This document shows positions 44,114-57,000 of a DNA stretch of 64,000 nucleotides, piece by piece. Position 1 is the first letter of the stretch; every line of letters begins with the position of its first letter. The DNA comes from Bugula neritina. Its lineage: Eukaryota; Animalia; Bryozoa. The translations under genes and the position numbers were made by a program. The stretch lies in contig OZ037771.1 of NCBI GenBank assembly GCA_964035545.1, forward strand, positions 10,296,480-10,360,479, written 5' to 3'. The notes beneath the pieces were generated by a model. The model was not told where the DNA came from. It ran no database searches and saw nothing but the letters and a program-made list of their open reading frames with translations.

Positions 44114-47100
44114 GCAGCGCCCAGACGTGCTTAAACATGCCCAAATGTGCTACAATGAGCCAATTGTGCTAAAAGTATCTGTATGTGCCCAGAAGTTCTA
44201 AAATGTGCCCAATAGTGCTAAAACTAGAACAAGTGTTGTAAACAGTGCCCAAACGCTTAATATTGCCCAAATGTGCTAAACTGAGCCAAACATGTTATTA
44301 GTACCTATTAGTCCCCAGAAGTTCTGAAACGTGTCCAATAGTGCTAAAACTAGAACAAGTGTCCTCAGCAGCGCCCAGACGTGCTTAAACATGCCCAAAT
44401 GTGCTACAATGAGCCAATTGTGCTAATAGTACCTATTAGTGCCCAGATGTTCTGAAACCTGCCAAATAGTGCTAATATTAGGACTAGTGTGCTTCACAGT
44501 GCCCAAGTCTGCTAAAACTTTCTCAAACATGCTAAAACATGCCCAAATGTGCTAAATTGAGCCAAATATGCTAATAATACCTATTGGTGCCCAGAGGTTC
44601 CGAAACGTGCCTAATAGTGCTAATAGTAAGACTCGTGTGCTTAACAGTGCCCAAATCTGCTAAAAAGTTTCCTAAATGGTCCAAAACATGCCCAAATGTG
44701 CTAAATTGAGCCAAATATGCTAATAATACCTATTGGTGCCCAGAGGTTCCGAAACGTGCCTAATAGTGCTAAAACTAGAACAAGTGTGCTTAACAGTGCC
44801 CAAATGTGCTAAAACATACCCAAATGTGCCAAAATGAGCCAATTGTGCTAATAGTATCTATTAGTGCCCAGAGGTTCTGAAACGTGCCAAATAGTGCTGA
44901 TAATAGAACTAGTGTTCCTAACAGTGCCCAAATGGGCTAAAACATACCCAAATGTGCCAAAATGAGCCAATTGTGCTAATAGTATCTATTAGTGCCCAGA
45001 GGTTCTGAAACGTGCCAAATAGTGCTGATAGTAGGACTAGTGTGCTTAACAGTGCCCAAATCTGCTAAAACATTTTCAAATGAGCTAAAACATGCCCAAA
45101 TGTACTAAATTGTGCCAAATATGCTAATAGTACCAATAAGTTCCCAGAGGTTTCGAAACGTACCCAATAGTGCTAATAGGATAACTAGTGTGCTAAACAG
45201 TGCGCAAATCTTCTGAAAAGTTTCCCAAATGGTCTAAAACATGCCCAAATGTACTAAATCGAGCAAAATATGGTAATAGTACCAATAAATGCCCAAAGGT
45301 TCTGAATCAGGCCCCATAGTGCTAAAACTAGAACAAGTGTGCTCAACAGTGCCAAAACGTGCTAAAACACGCCCAAATGTGCTAAAATGAGCCAATTGTG
45401 CTAATAGTACCTATTAGTGCTCAGAAGTTCTGAAACGTGCCCAACAGTGCTGAAACTAGAACAAGTGTGCTAAACAGTGCCCAAACGTGCTAAATATTGC
45501 CCAAATGTGCTAAACTGAGCCAAACATGTTATTAGTACCTATTAGTGCCCAGAAGTTCTGAAACGTGTCCAATAGTGCTAAAACTAGAACAAGTGTCCTC
45601 AGCAGCGCCCAGACGTGCTTAAACATGCCCAAATGTGCTACAATGAGCCAATTGTGCTAAAAGTATCTGTATGTGCCCAGAAGTTCTAAAATGTGCCCAA
45701 TAGTGCTAAAACTAGAACAGGTGTGGTAAACAGTGCCCAAACGCTTAATATTGCCCAAATGTGCTAAACTGAGCCAAACATGTTATTAGTACCTATTAGT
45801 CCCCAGAAGTTCTGAAACGTGTCCAATAGTGCTAAAACTAGAACAAGTGTCCTCAGCAGCGCCCAGACGTGCTTAAACATGCCCAAATGTGCTACAATGA
45901 GCCAATTGTGCTAATAGTACCTATTAGTGCCCAGATGTTCTGAAACGTGCCAAATAGTGCTAATATTAGGACTAGTGTGCTTCACAGTGCCCAAGTCTGC
46001 TAAAACTTTCTCAAACATGCTAAAGATTTTGAAACGTGCCCAATCGCACTGATAATAGAACTAGTGCGCTTAACAGTGCCCACACGTGTTAAAACATGCC
46101 CAAATGTGCCAAAATGAGCCAATTATGCTAATATTATCTATTAGTGCCCAGAAGTTCTGAAATATGCCCAATAGTGCTGAAACTAGAACACGTGTGCTAA
46201 ACAGTGCCCAATCGTGCTAAAACATGCCCAAATGTGCTAAAATGAGCCAATTGTGCTTATAGTACCTATTAGTGCCCAGATCTTCTGAAACGTGCCAAAT
46301 AGTGCTAATAGTAGGATTAGTGTGCTTAAACATTCCCAATTGTGCTAAATAATGCCCAAATGTGTGAACTTGAGCCAAACATGTTTTTAGTACCTATTAG
46401 TGCCCAGAAGTTCTGAAACGTGCCCAATAGTGATGAAACTAGAACAAGTGTGCTTAACAGTGCCCAAATGTCCTAAAACATGTAAAATGTGGTAAATTGA
46501 GCCAATTGTGCTAATAGTACCTATTAGTGCCCAGAAGTTCTGAATCGTGACCAATAGTGCTAATCGTAGTACTAGTGTGCTTGACAGCGCCCAAAACTGC
46601 TAAAACATTTCTAAATGTGCTAAAATGAGCCAATTATGCTAATAGTACCAATAAGTGCCCAGAGGTTCTGAAACGCGGTCAATAGTTCTGATAGTAGAAC
46701 TAGTGTGCTTATCAGTGCCCAAATGTGCTAAATTAAGCCAAATATGCTAATAGTACCAAAAGGCGCCCAGAAGTTTCGAAACGTGCCGAATAGTGCTAAT
46801 AGGAAAACTAGTGTGCTAAACAGTGCGCAAATCTGCTAAAAAGTTTCCCAAATGGTCTAAAACATGCCCAAATATACTAAATCGAGCCAATTACGGTAAT
46901 AGTACCAATAAAAGCTCAGAGGTTCTGAATCATGCCCAATAGTGCCAAAACTAGAACAAATGTGCTCAACAGTGCCAAAACGTGCTAAATCATGCCCAAA
47001 TGTGCTGAAATGAGCCAATTGTGCTAATAGTACCTATTAAAGCTCAGAAGTTCTGAAATGTGCCAAATAGTGCTTATAGTAGAACTAGTGTGCCCAACAG

Positions 47101-48712
47101 TGCCCAAATGTGCTAAAACATGCCCAAATGTGCTGAATTGAGCCAATTATGCTAACAGTATCTATTAGTGCCCAGAAGTTCTGAAACGTGCCCAATAGTG
47201 CTCAAACTAGAACAAGTGTGCTAAACATTCCCAATTGTGCTAAAACATGCCCAAATGTGCTAAATTGAGCCAAACATGTTATTAGTACCTATTAGTGCCC
47301 AGAAATTCTGAAACGTGTCCAATAGTGCTGGAACTAGAACAAGTGTCCTCAACAGTGCCAAAATGTGCTAAAACATGCCCAAATGTGCTACCAGGAGCCA
47401 GTTGTGCTAATAGTACCTATTATTGCCCAGATGTTCTAAAACATGCCAAATAGTGCTAATATTAAGACAAGTGTGCGTAGCAGTGCCCAAATCTGCTAAA
47501 AAGTATCCTAAATGGTCTAAAATATGCCCAAATGTACTAAATCGAGCCAATTATGGTAATAGTACCAATGAAAGCCCAGAGGTTTTGAAACGTGCCCAAT
47601 AGTACTGATAATAGAACTAGTGCGCTTAACAGTGCCCAAATGGGCTAAAAAATTTCCTAAATGGTCTAAAACATGCCCAAATGTGCTAGATTGAACCAAA
47701 TATAGTAATAGTACCAATAAATGCCAAGAGATTTTGAAACGTGCCCAATAGCACTAATAATAGAACTAGTGCGCTTAACAGTGCCCACACGTGTTAAAAC
47801 ATGCCCAAATGTGCCAAAATGAGCCAATTATGCTAATATTATCTATTAGTGCCCAGAAGTTCTGAAATATGCCCAATAGTGCTAAAACTAGAACACGTGT
47901 GCTAAACAGTGCCCAATCGTGCTAAAACATGCCCAAATGTGCTAAAATGAGCCAATTGTGCTTATAGTACCTATTAGTGCCCAGATCTTCTGAAACGTGC
48001 CAAATAGTGCTAATAGTAGGATTAGTGTGCTTAGCAGTGCCCAAGTCTGATTAAACATTCCCAATTGTGCTAAAACATGCCCAAATGTGCTAAATTGAGC
48101 CAAACATGTTATTAGTACCTATTAGTGCCCAGAAGTTCTGAAACGTGCCCAATAGTGCTGAAACTAGAACAAGTGTCCTCAACAGTGCACAAACGTGCTA
48201 AAACATGCCCTAATGTGCTAAAATAAGCCAATTGTGCTAATAGTACCTATTAGTGCCCAGATGTTCCGAAACGTGCCAAATAGTGCTAATTGTAAGATTA
48301 GTGTGCTTAGCAGTGCCCAAGTCTGCTAAAACATTCCCAATTGTGCTAAAACATGCCCAAATGTGCTAAATTGAGCCAAACATGCTAATAGTACCAATAA
48401 ATGCCCAGAGGTTCTGAAACGCGATCAATAGTGCTGATAGTAGAACTAGTGTGCTTATCAGTGCCCAAATGTGCTAAATTGAGCCAAATATGCTAATAGT
48501 ACCAAAAGGCGCCCAGAAGTTTCGAAATGTGCCGAATAGTGCTAATAGGAAAACTAGTGTGCTAAACAGTGCGCAAATCTGCTAAAAAGTTTCCCAAATG
48601 GTCTAAAACATGCCCAAATATACTAAATCGAGCCAATTTTGGAATAGTACCAATAAAAGCCCAGAGGTTCTGAATCATGTCCAATAGTGCTAAAACTAGA
48701 ACAAATGTGCTC

Positions 48713-51700
48713 AACAGTGCCCAAACGTACTAAAACATGCCCAAATGTGCTAAAATGAGCCAATTGTGCTCATAGTACCTATTAATGCTCAGAAGTTTTG
48801 AAATGTGCCAAATAATGCTAATAGTAGAACTAGTGTGCTTAACAGTGCCCAAATGTGCTAAAATATGCCCAAATGTACTAATATGGACCAAATATGCTAA
48901 TAGTACCAATAAGTGCCCAGAGGTTCTGAAACGGGCTTAATATTGTTAATAGTAGGACTAGTGTGCTTAACAGTGCCCAAATCTGCTAAAAAATTTCCTA
49001 AATGGTCTAAAACATGCCAAAATGTGCTAAATCCTGCCAAATATGGTAATAGTACCAATAAATGCCTAGAGGTTTTGAAACGTGCCCAATAGTACTGATA
49101 ATAGTGCCCAAGTCTGCTAAAACATTCCCAATTGTGCTAAAACATGCCCAAATGTGCTGAATTGAGCCAAACTTGCTAATAGTACCAATAAGTGCCCAGA
49201 GGTTCTGAAACGCGATCAATAGTGCTGATAGTAGAACTAGTGTGCTTATCAGTGCCCAAATGTGCTAAATTGAGCCAAATCTGCTAATAGTACCAATAGG
49301 CGCCCAGAAGTTTCAAAACGTGCCGGATAGTGCTAATAGGAAAACTAGTGTGCTAAACAGTGCGCAAATCTGCTAAAAAGTTTCCCAAATGGTCTAAAAC
49401 ATGCCCAAATGTGCTAAAATGAACCAATTATGCTAATAGTATCTATTAGTGCCCAAAAGTTCTGAAATATGCCCAATAGTGCTAAAACTAGAACACGTGT
49501 GCTAAACAGTGCCCAAACATGCTAAAACATGCCCAAATATGCTAAATTGAGCCAAACATGCTAATAATACCTATTGGGGCCCAGAAATTCTGAGGCAAGT
49601 GCAATAGTGCTAAAACTAAAGTAAGTGTGCTCAACAGTGCCAAAACGTGCTAAAACATGCCCTAATGTGCTAAAATGAGCCAATTGTGCTAATAGTACCT
49701 ATTAGTGCCCAGATGTTCTGAAACGTGCCAAATAGTGCTAATAGTAGGATTAGTAAGCTTAGCAGTGCCCAAGTCTGCTTAAACATTCCCAAACGTGCTA
49801 AAACATGCCCAAATGTGCTAAATTGAGCCAAACATGTTATTAGTACTTATTAGTGCCAATAAGTTCTGAAACGTGCCCAATAGTGCTAAAACTAGAACAA
49901 GTGTGCTAAACAGTGCCAAAACGTGCTAAATAATGCCCAAATGTGTGAACTTGAGCCAAACATGTTTTTAGTACCTATTAGTGCCCAGAAGTTCTGAAAC
50001 GTGCCCAATAGTGATGAAACTAGAACAAGTGTGCTTAACAGTGCCCAAATGTCCTAAAACATGTAAAATGTGCTAAATTGAGCCAATTGTGCTAATAGTA
50101 CCTATTAGTGCCCAGAAATTCTGAAACGTGTCCAATAGTGCTGGAACTAGAACAAGTGTCCTCAACAGTGCCCAAATGTGCTAAAACATGCCCAAATGTG
50201 CTACCAGGAGCCAGTTGTGCTAATAGTACCTATTATTGCCCAGATGTTCTAAAACATGCCAAATAGTGCTAATATTAAGACAAGTGTGCGTAGCAGTGCC
50301 CAAATCTGCTAAAAAGTATCCTAAATGGTCTAAAATATGCCCAAATGTACTAAATCGAGCCAATTATGGTAATAGTACCAATAAAAGCCCAGAGGTTTTG
50401 AAACGTGCCCAATAGTACTGATAATAGAACTAGTGCGCTTAACAGTGCCCAAATGGGCTAAAAAATTTCCTAAATGGTCTAAAACATGCCCAAATGTGCT
50501 AGATTGAACCAAATATAGTAATAGTACCAATAAATGCCCAGAGGTTTTGAAACGTGCCCAATAGCGCTGAGAATAGAACTAGTGTGCTTAACAGTGCCCA
50601 ATGTGCCAAAACATACCCAAATGTGCCAAAATAAACCAATTATGCTAATAGTATCTATTAGTGCCCAAAAGTTCTGAAATATGCCCAATAGTGCTAAAAC
50701 TAGAACACGTGTGCTAAACAGTGCCAAACATGCTAAAACATGCCCAAATATGGTAAATTGAGGCAATCATGCTAATAATACCTATTGGGGCCCAGACGTT
50801 CTGAAGCAAGTCCAATAGTGCTAAAACTAAAACAAGTGTGCTCAACAGTGCCAAAACGTGCTAAAACATGCCCTAATGTGCTAAAATGAGCCAATTGTGC
50901 TAATAGTACCTATTAGTGCCCAGATGTTCTGAAACGTGCCAAATAGTGCTAATAGTAGGATTAGTAAGCTTAGCAGTGCCCAAGTCTGCTTAAACATTCC
51001 CAATTATGCTAAAACATGCCCAAATGTGCTAAATTGAGCCAAACATGTTATTAGTACTTATTAGTGCCCAGAAATTCTGAAACGTGCCCAATAGTGCTAA
51101 AACTAGAACAAGTGTGCTTAACAGTGCCCAAATGTGCTAAAACATTTCTAAATGTGCTTAAATGAGCCAATTCTGCTAATAGTACCAATAACCGCTCAGA
51201 GGTTTTGAAACGGGCTCAATAATGTTAATAGTAGGACTAGTGTGCTTAACAGTGCCGAAATCTACTAAAGAATTTCTTAAATTGTCTAAAACATGGCCAA
51301 ATGTTCTGAATCGAGCCAAATATGGTAATAGTACCAATAAATGCCAAGAGATTTTGAAACGTGCCCAATAGCACTGATAATAGAACTAGTGCGCTTAACA
51401 GTGCCCAAACGTACTAAAACATGCCCAAATGTGCTAAAATGAGCCAATTGTGCTCATAGTACCTATTAATGCTCAGAAGTTTTGAAATGTGCCAAATAAT
51501 GCTAATAGTAGAACTAGTGTGCTTAACAGTGCCCAAATGTGCTAAAATATGCCCAAATGTACTAATATGGACCAAATATGCTAATAGTACCAATAAGTGC
51601 CCAGAGGTTCTGAAACGGGCTTAATATTGTTAATAGTAGGACTAGTGTGCTTAACAGTGCCCAAATCTGCTAAAAAATTTCCTAAATGGTCTAAAACATG

Positions 51701-54091
51701 CCAAAATGTGCTAAATCCTGCCAAATATGGTAATAGTACCAATAAATGCCTAGAGGTTTTGAAACGTGCCCAATAGTACTGATAATAGTGCCCAAGTCTG
51801 CTAAAACATTCCCAATTGTGCTAAAACATGCCCAAATGTGCTGAATTGAGCCAAACTTGCTAATAGTACCAATAAGTGCCCAGAGGTTCTGAAACGCGAT
51901 CAATAGTGCTGATAGTAGAACTAGTGTGCTTATCAGTGCCCAAATGTGCTAAATTGAGCCAAATCTGCTAATAGTACCAATAGGCGCCCAGAAGTTTCAA
52001 AACGTGCCGGATAGTGCTAATAGGAAAACTAGTGTGCTAAACAGTGCGCAAATCTGCTAAAAAGTTTCCCAAATGGTCTAAAACATGCCCAAATGTGCTA
52101 AAATGAACCAATTATGCTAATAGTATCTATTAGTGCCCAAAAGTTCTGAAATATGCCCAATAGTGCTAAAACTAGAACACGTGTGCTAAACAGTGCCCAA
52201 ACATGCTAAAACATGCCCAAATATGCTAAATTGAGCCAAACATGCTAATAATACCTATTGGGGCCCAGAAATTCTGAGGCAAGTGCAATAGTGCTAAAAC
52301 TAAAGTAAGTGTGCTCAACAGTGCCAAAACGTGCTAAAACATGCCCTAATGTGCTAAAATGAGCCAATTGTGCTAATAGTACCTATTAGTGCCCAGATGT
52401 TCTGAAACGTGCCAAATAGTGCTAATAGTAGGATTAGTAAGCTTAGCAGTGCCCAAGTCTGCTTAAACATTCCCAAACGTGCTAAAACATGCCCAAATGT
52501 GCTAAATTGAGCCAAACATGTTATTAGTACTTATTAGTGCCAATAAGTTCTGAAACGTGCCCAATAGTGCTAAAACTAGAACAAGTGTGCTAAACAGTGC
52601 CAAAACGTGCTAAATAATGCCCAAATGTGTGAACTTGAGCCAAACATGTTTTTAGTACCTATTAGTGCCCAGAAGTTCTGAAACGTGCCCAATAGTGATG
52701 AAACTAGAACAAGTGTGCTTAACAGTGCCCAAATGTCCTAAAACATGTAAAATGTGCTAAATTGAGCCAATTGTGCTAATAGTACCTATTAGTGCCCAGA
52801 AATTCTGAAACGTGTCCAATAGTGCTGGAACTAGAACAAGTGTCCTCAACAGTGCCCAAATGTGCTAAAACATGCCCAAATGTGCTACCAGGAGCCAGTT
52901 GTGCTAATAGTACCTATTATTGCCCAGATGTTCTAAAACATGCCAAATAGTGCTAATATTAAGACAAGTGTGCGTAGCAGTGCCCAAATCTGCTAAAAAG
53001 TATCCTAAATGGTCTAAAATATGCCCAAATGTACTAAATCGAGCCAATTATGGTAATAGTACCAATAAAAGCCCAGAGGTTTTGAAACGTGCCCAATAGT
53101 ACTGATAATAGAACTAGTGCGCTTAACAGTGCCCAAATGGGCTAAAAAATTTCCTAAATGGTCTAAAACATGCCCAAATGTGCTAGATTGAACCAAATAT
53201 AGTAATAGTACCAATAAATGCCCAGAGGTTTTGAAACGTGCCCAATAGCGCTGAGAATAGAACTAGTGTGCTTAACAGTGCCCAATGTGCCAAAACATAC
53301 CCAAATGTGCCAAAATAAACCAATTATGCTAATAGTATCTATTAGTGCCCAAAAGTTCTGAAATATGCCCAATAGTGCTAAAACTAGAACACGTGTGCTA
53401 AACAGTGCCAAACATGCTAAAACATGCCCAAATATGGTAAATTGAGGCAATCATGCTAATAATACCTATTGGGGCCCAGACGTTCTGAAGCAAGTCCAAT
53501 AGTGCTAAAACTAAAACAAGTGTGCTCAACAGTGCCAAAACGTGCTAAAACATGCCCTAATGTGCTAAAATGAGCCAATTGTGCTAATAGTACCTATTAG
53601 TGCCCAGATGTTCTGAAACGTGCCAAATAGTGCTAATAGTAGGATTAGTAAGCTTAGCAGTGCCCAAGTCTGCTTAAACATTCCCAATTATGCTAAAACA
53701 TGCCCAAATGTGCTAAATTGAGCCAAACATGTTATTAGTACTTATTAGTGCCCAGAAATTCTGAAACGTGCCCAATAGTGCTAAAACTAGAACAAGTGTG
53801 CTTAACAGTGCCCAAATGTGCTAAAACATTTCTAAATGTGCTTAAATGAGCCAATTCTGCTAATAGTACCAATAACCGCTCAGAGGTTTTGAAACGGGCT
53901 CAATAATGTTAATAGTAGGACTAGTGTGCTTAACAGTGCCGAAATCTACTAAAGAATTTCTTAAATTGTCTAAAACATGGCCAAATGTTCTGAATCGAGC
54001 CAAATATGGTAATAGTACCAATAAATGCCAAGAGATTTTGAAACGTGCCCAATAGCACTGATAATAGAACTAGTGCGCTTAACAGTGCCCA
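48713..54091. repeat. 20-monomer, 2,684-bp higher-order repeat in SatB (two tandem copies, 48713-51396 and 51397-54080)
   Basis: Identical ORFs at 49007/51691, 50330/53014 and 50479/53163 (offset 2684). The 20 monomer lengths sum to 2684. Confidence 0.92.
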
Positions 54092-57000
54092 CACGTGTTA
54101 AAACATGCCCAAATGTGCAAAAATGAGCCAATTATGCTAATATTATCTATTAGTGCCCAGAAGTTCTGAAATATGCCCAATAGTGCAAAAACTAGAACAC
54201 GTGTGCTAAACAGTGCCCAATCATGCTAAAACATGCCCAAACGTGCTAAAATGAGCCAATTGTGCTTATAGTACCTATTAGTGCCCAGATCTTCTGAAAC
54301 GTGCCAAATAGTGCTAATAGTAGGATTAGTGTGCTTAGCAGTGCCCAAGTCTGATTAAACATTCCCAATTGTGCTAAAACATGCCCAAATGTGCTAAATT
54401 GAGCCAAACATGTTATTAGTACCTATTAGTGCCCAGAAGTTCTGAAACGTGCCCAATAGTGCTGAAACTAGAACAAGTGTCCTCAACAGTGCACAAACGT
54501 GCTAAAACATGCCCTAATGTGCTAAAATAAGCCAATTGTGCTAATAGTACCTATTAGTGCCCAGATGTTCCGAAACGTGCCGAATAGTGCTAATAGTAAG
54601 ATTAGTGTGCTTAGCAGTGCCCAAGTCTGCTAAAACATTCCCAATTGTGCTAAAACATGCCCAAATGTGCTAAATTGAGCCAAACATGCTAATAGTACCA
54701 ATAAATGCCCAGAGGTTCTGAAACGCGATCAATAGTGCTGATAGTAGAACTAGTGTGCTTATCAGTGCCCAAATGTGCTAAATTGAGCCAAATATGCTAA
54801 TAGTACCAAAAGGCGCCCAGAAGTTTCGAAACGTGCCGAATAGTGCTAATAGGAAAACTAGTGTGCTAAACAGTGCGCAAATCTGCTAAAAAGTTTCCCA
54901 AATGGTCTAAAACATGCCCAAATATACTAAATCGAGCCAATTTTGGAATAGTACCAATAAAAGCCCAGAGGTTCTGAATCATGTCCAATAGTGCTAAAAC
55001 TAGAACAAATGTGCTCAACAGTGCCCAAACATGCTAAAACATGCCCAAATGTGCTAAAATGAGCCAATTGTGCTCATAGTACCTATTAATGCTCAGAAGT
55101 TCTGAAATGTGCCAAATAATGCTAATAGTAGAACTAGTGTGCTTAACAGTGCGCAAATCTGCTAAAAAGTTTCCCAAATGGTCTAAAACATGCCCAAATG
55201 TGCTAAAATGAACCAATTATGCTAATAGTATCTATTAGTGCCCAAAAGTTCTGAAATATGCCCAATAGTGCTAAAACTAGAACACGTGTGCTAAACAGTG
55301 CCCAAACATGCTAAAACATGCCAAATATGCTAAATTGAGCCAAACATGCTAATAATACCTATTGGGGCCCAGAAATTCTGAGGCAAGTCCAATAGTGCTA
55401 AAACTAAAGTAAGTGTGCTCAACAGTGCCAAAACGTGCTAAAACATGCCCTAATGTGCTAAAATGAGCCAATTGTGCTAATAGTACCTATTAGTGCCCAG
55501 ATGTTCTGAAACGTGCCAAATAGTGCTAATAGTAGGATTAGTAAGCTTAGCAGTGCCCAAGTCTGCTTAAACATTCCCAAACGTGCTAAAACATGCCCAA
55601 ATGTGCTAAATTGAGCCAAACATGTTATTAGTACTTATTAGTGCCAATAAGTTCTGAAACGTGCCCAATAGTGCTAAAACTAGAACAAGTGTGCTAAACA
55701 GTGCCAAAACGTGCTAAATAATGCCCAAATGTGTGAACTTGAGCCAAACATGTTTTTAGTACCTATTAGTGCCCAGAAGTTCTGAAACGTGCCCAATAGT
55801 GATGAAACTAGAACAAGTGTGCTTAACAGTGCCCAAATGTCCTAAAGCATGTAAAATGTGCTAAATTGAGCCAATTGTGCTAATAGTACCTATTAGTGCC
55901 CAGAAGTTCTGAATCGTGCCCAATAGTGCTAATCGTAGTACTCGTGTGCTTGACAGCGCCCAAAACTGCTAAAACATTTCTAAATGTTCTAAAATGAGCC
56001 AATTCTGCTAATAGTACCAATAACCGCTCAGAGGTTCTGAATTGGGCTTAATAGTGTTAATAGTAAGACTAGTGTGCTTAACAGTGCCCAAATCTGCTAA
56101 AAAAAATTCTAAATGGTCTAAAACATGCCCAAATGTGCTAGATCGAACCAAATATAGTAATAGTACCAATAAATGCCCAGAGGTTTTGAAACGTGCCCAA
56201 TAGCACTGAGAATAGAACAAGTGTGCTTAACAGTGCCCAAATGTGCTAAAACATGCCCAAATGTGCTAAAATAAACCAATTATGCTAATAGTATCTATTA
56301 GTGCCCAAAAGTTCTGAAATATGCCCAATAGTGCTAAAACTAGAACACAAGTGCTAAACAGTGCCCAAACATGCTAAAACACGCCCAAATATGCTAAATT
56401 GAGCCAAACATGCTAATAATACCTATTGGGGCCCAGAGGTTCTGAAGCATGCCCAATAGTGCTAAAACTAAAACAAGTGTGCTCAACAGTGCCAAAACGT
56501 GCTAAAACATGCCCAAAAGGTCTACTAGGAGCCAATTGTGCTAATAGTACCTATTAGTGCCCAAATGTTCTGAAACGGGCCAAATAGTGCTAATAGTAAG
56601 ATTAGTGTGCTTAGCAGTGCCCAAGTCTGCTAAAACATTCCCAATCGTGCTAAAACATGCCCAAATGTGCTAAAACGAGCCAATTGTGCTAATAGTACCT
56701 ATTAGTGCCCAGAAGTTCTGAATCGTACCCAATTGTGCTATTAGTAGAACTAGTGTGCTCAACAGTGCCCAAATGTGCTAAGAGATTCCCAAATGTGCTA
56801 AACGTCCCCAAATGTATTAAATTGAGCCAAATACACCAATAGCACCAACAAGCGCCCAGAGGTTCTTAAACTTGCCCAATAGGGCTAATAGTAGGATTAG
56901 TGTGCCTAACAGTGCCCAAGTCTGCTAAAACATTCCTAAGTGTGCTAAAACATGCCCAAATGTGCTAAATTGAGCCAAACATGTTAATAGTACCAATAAG

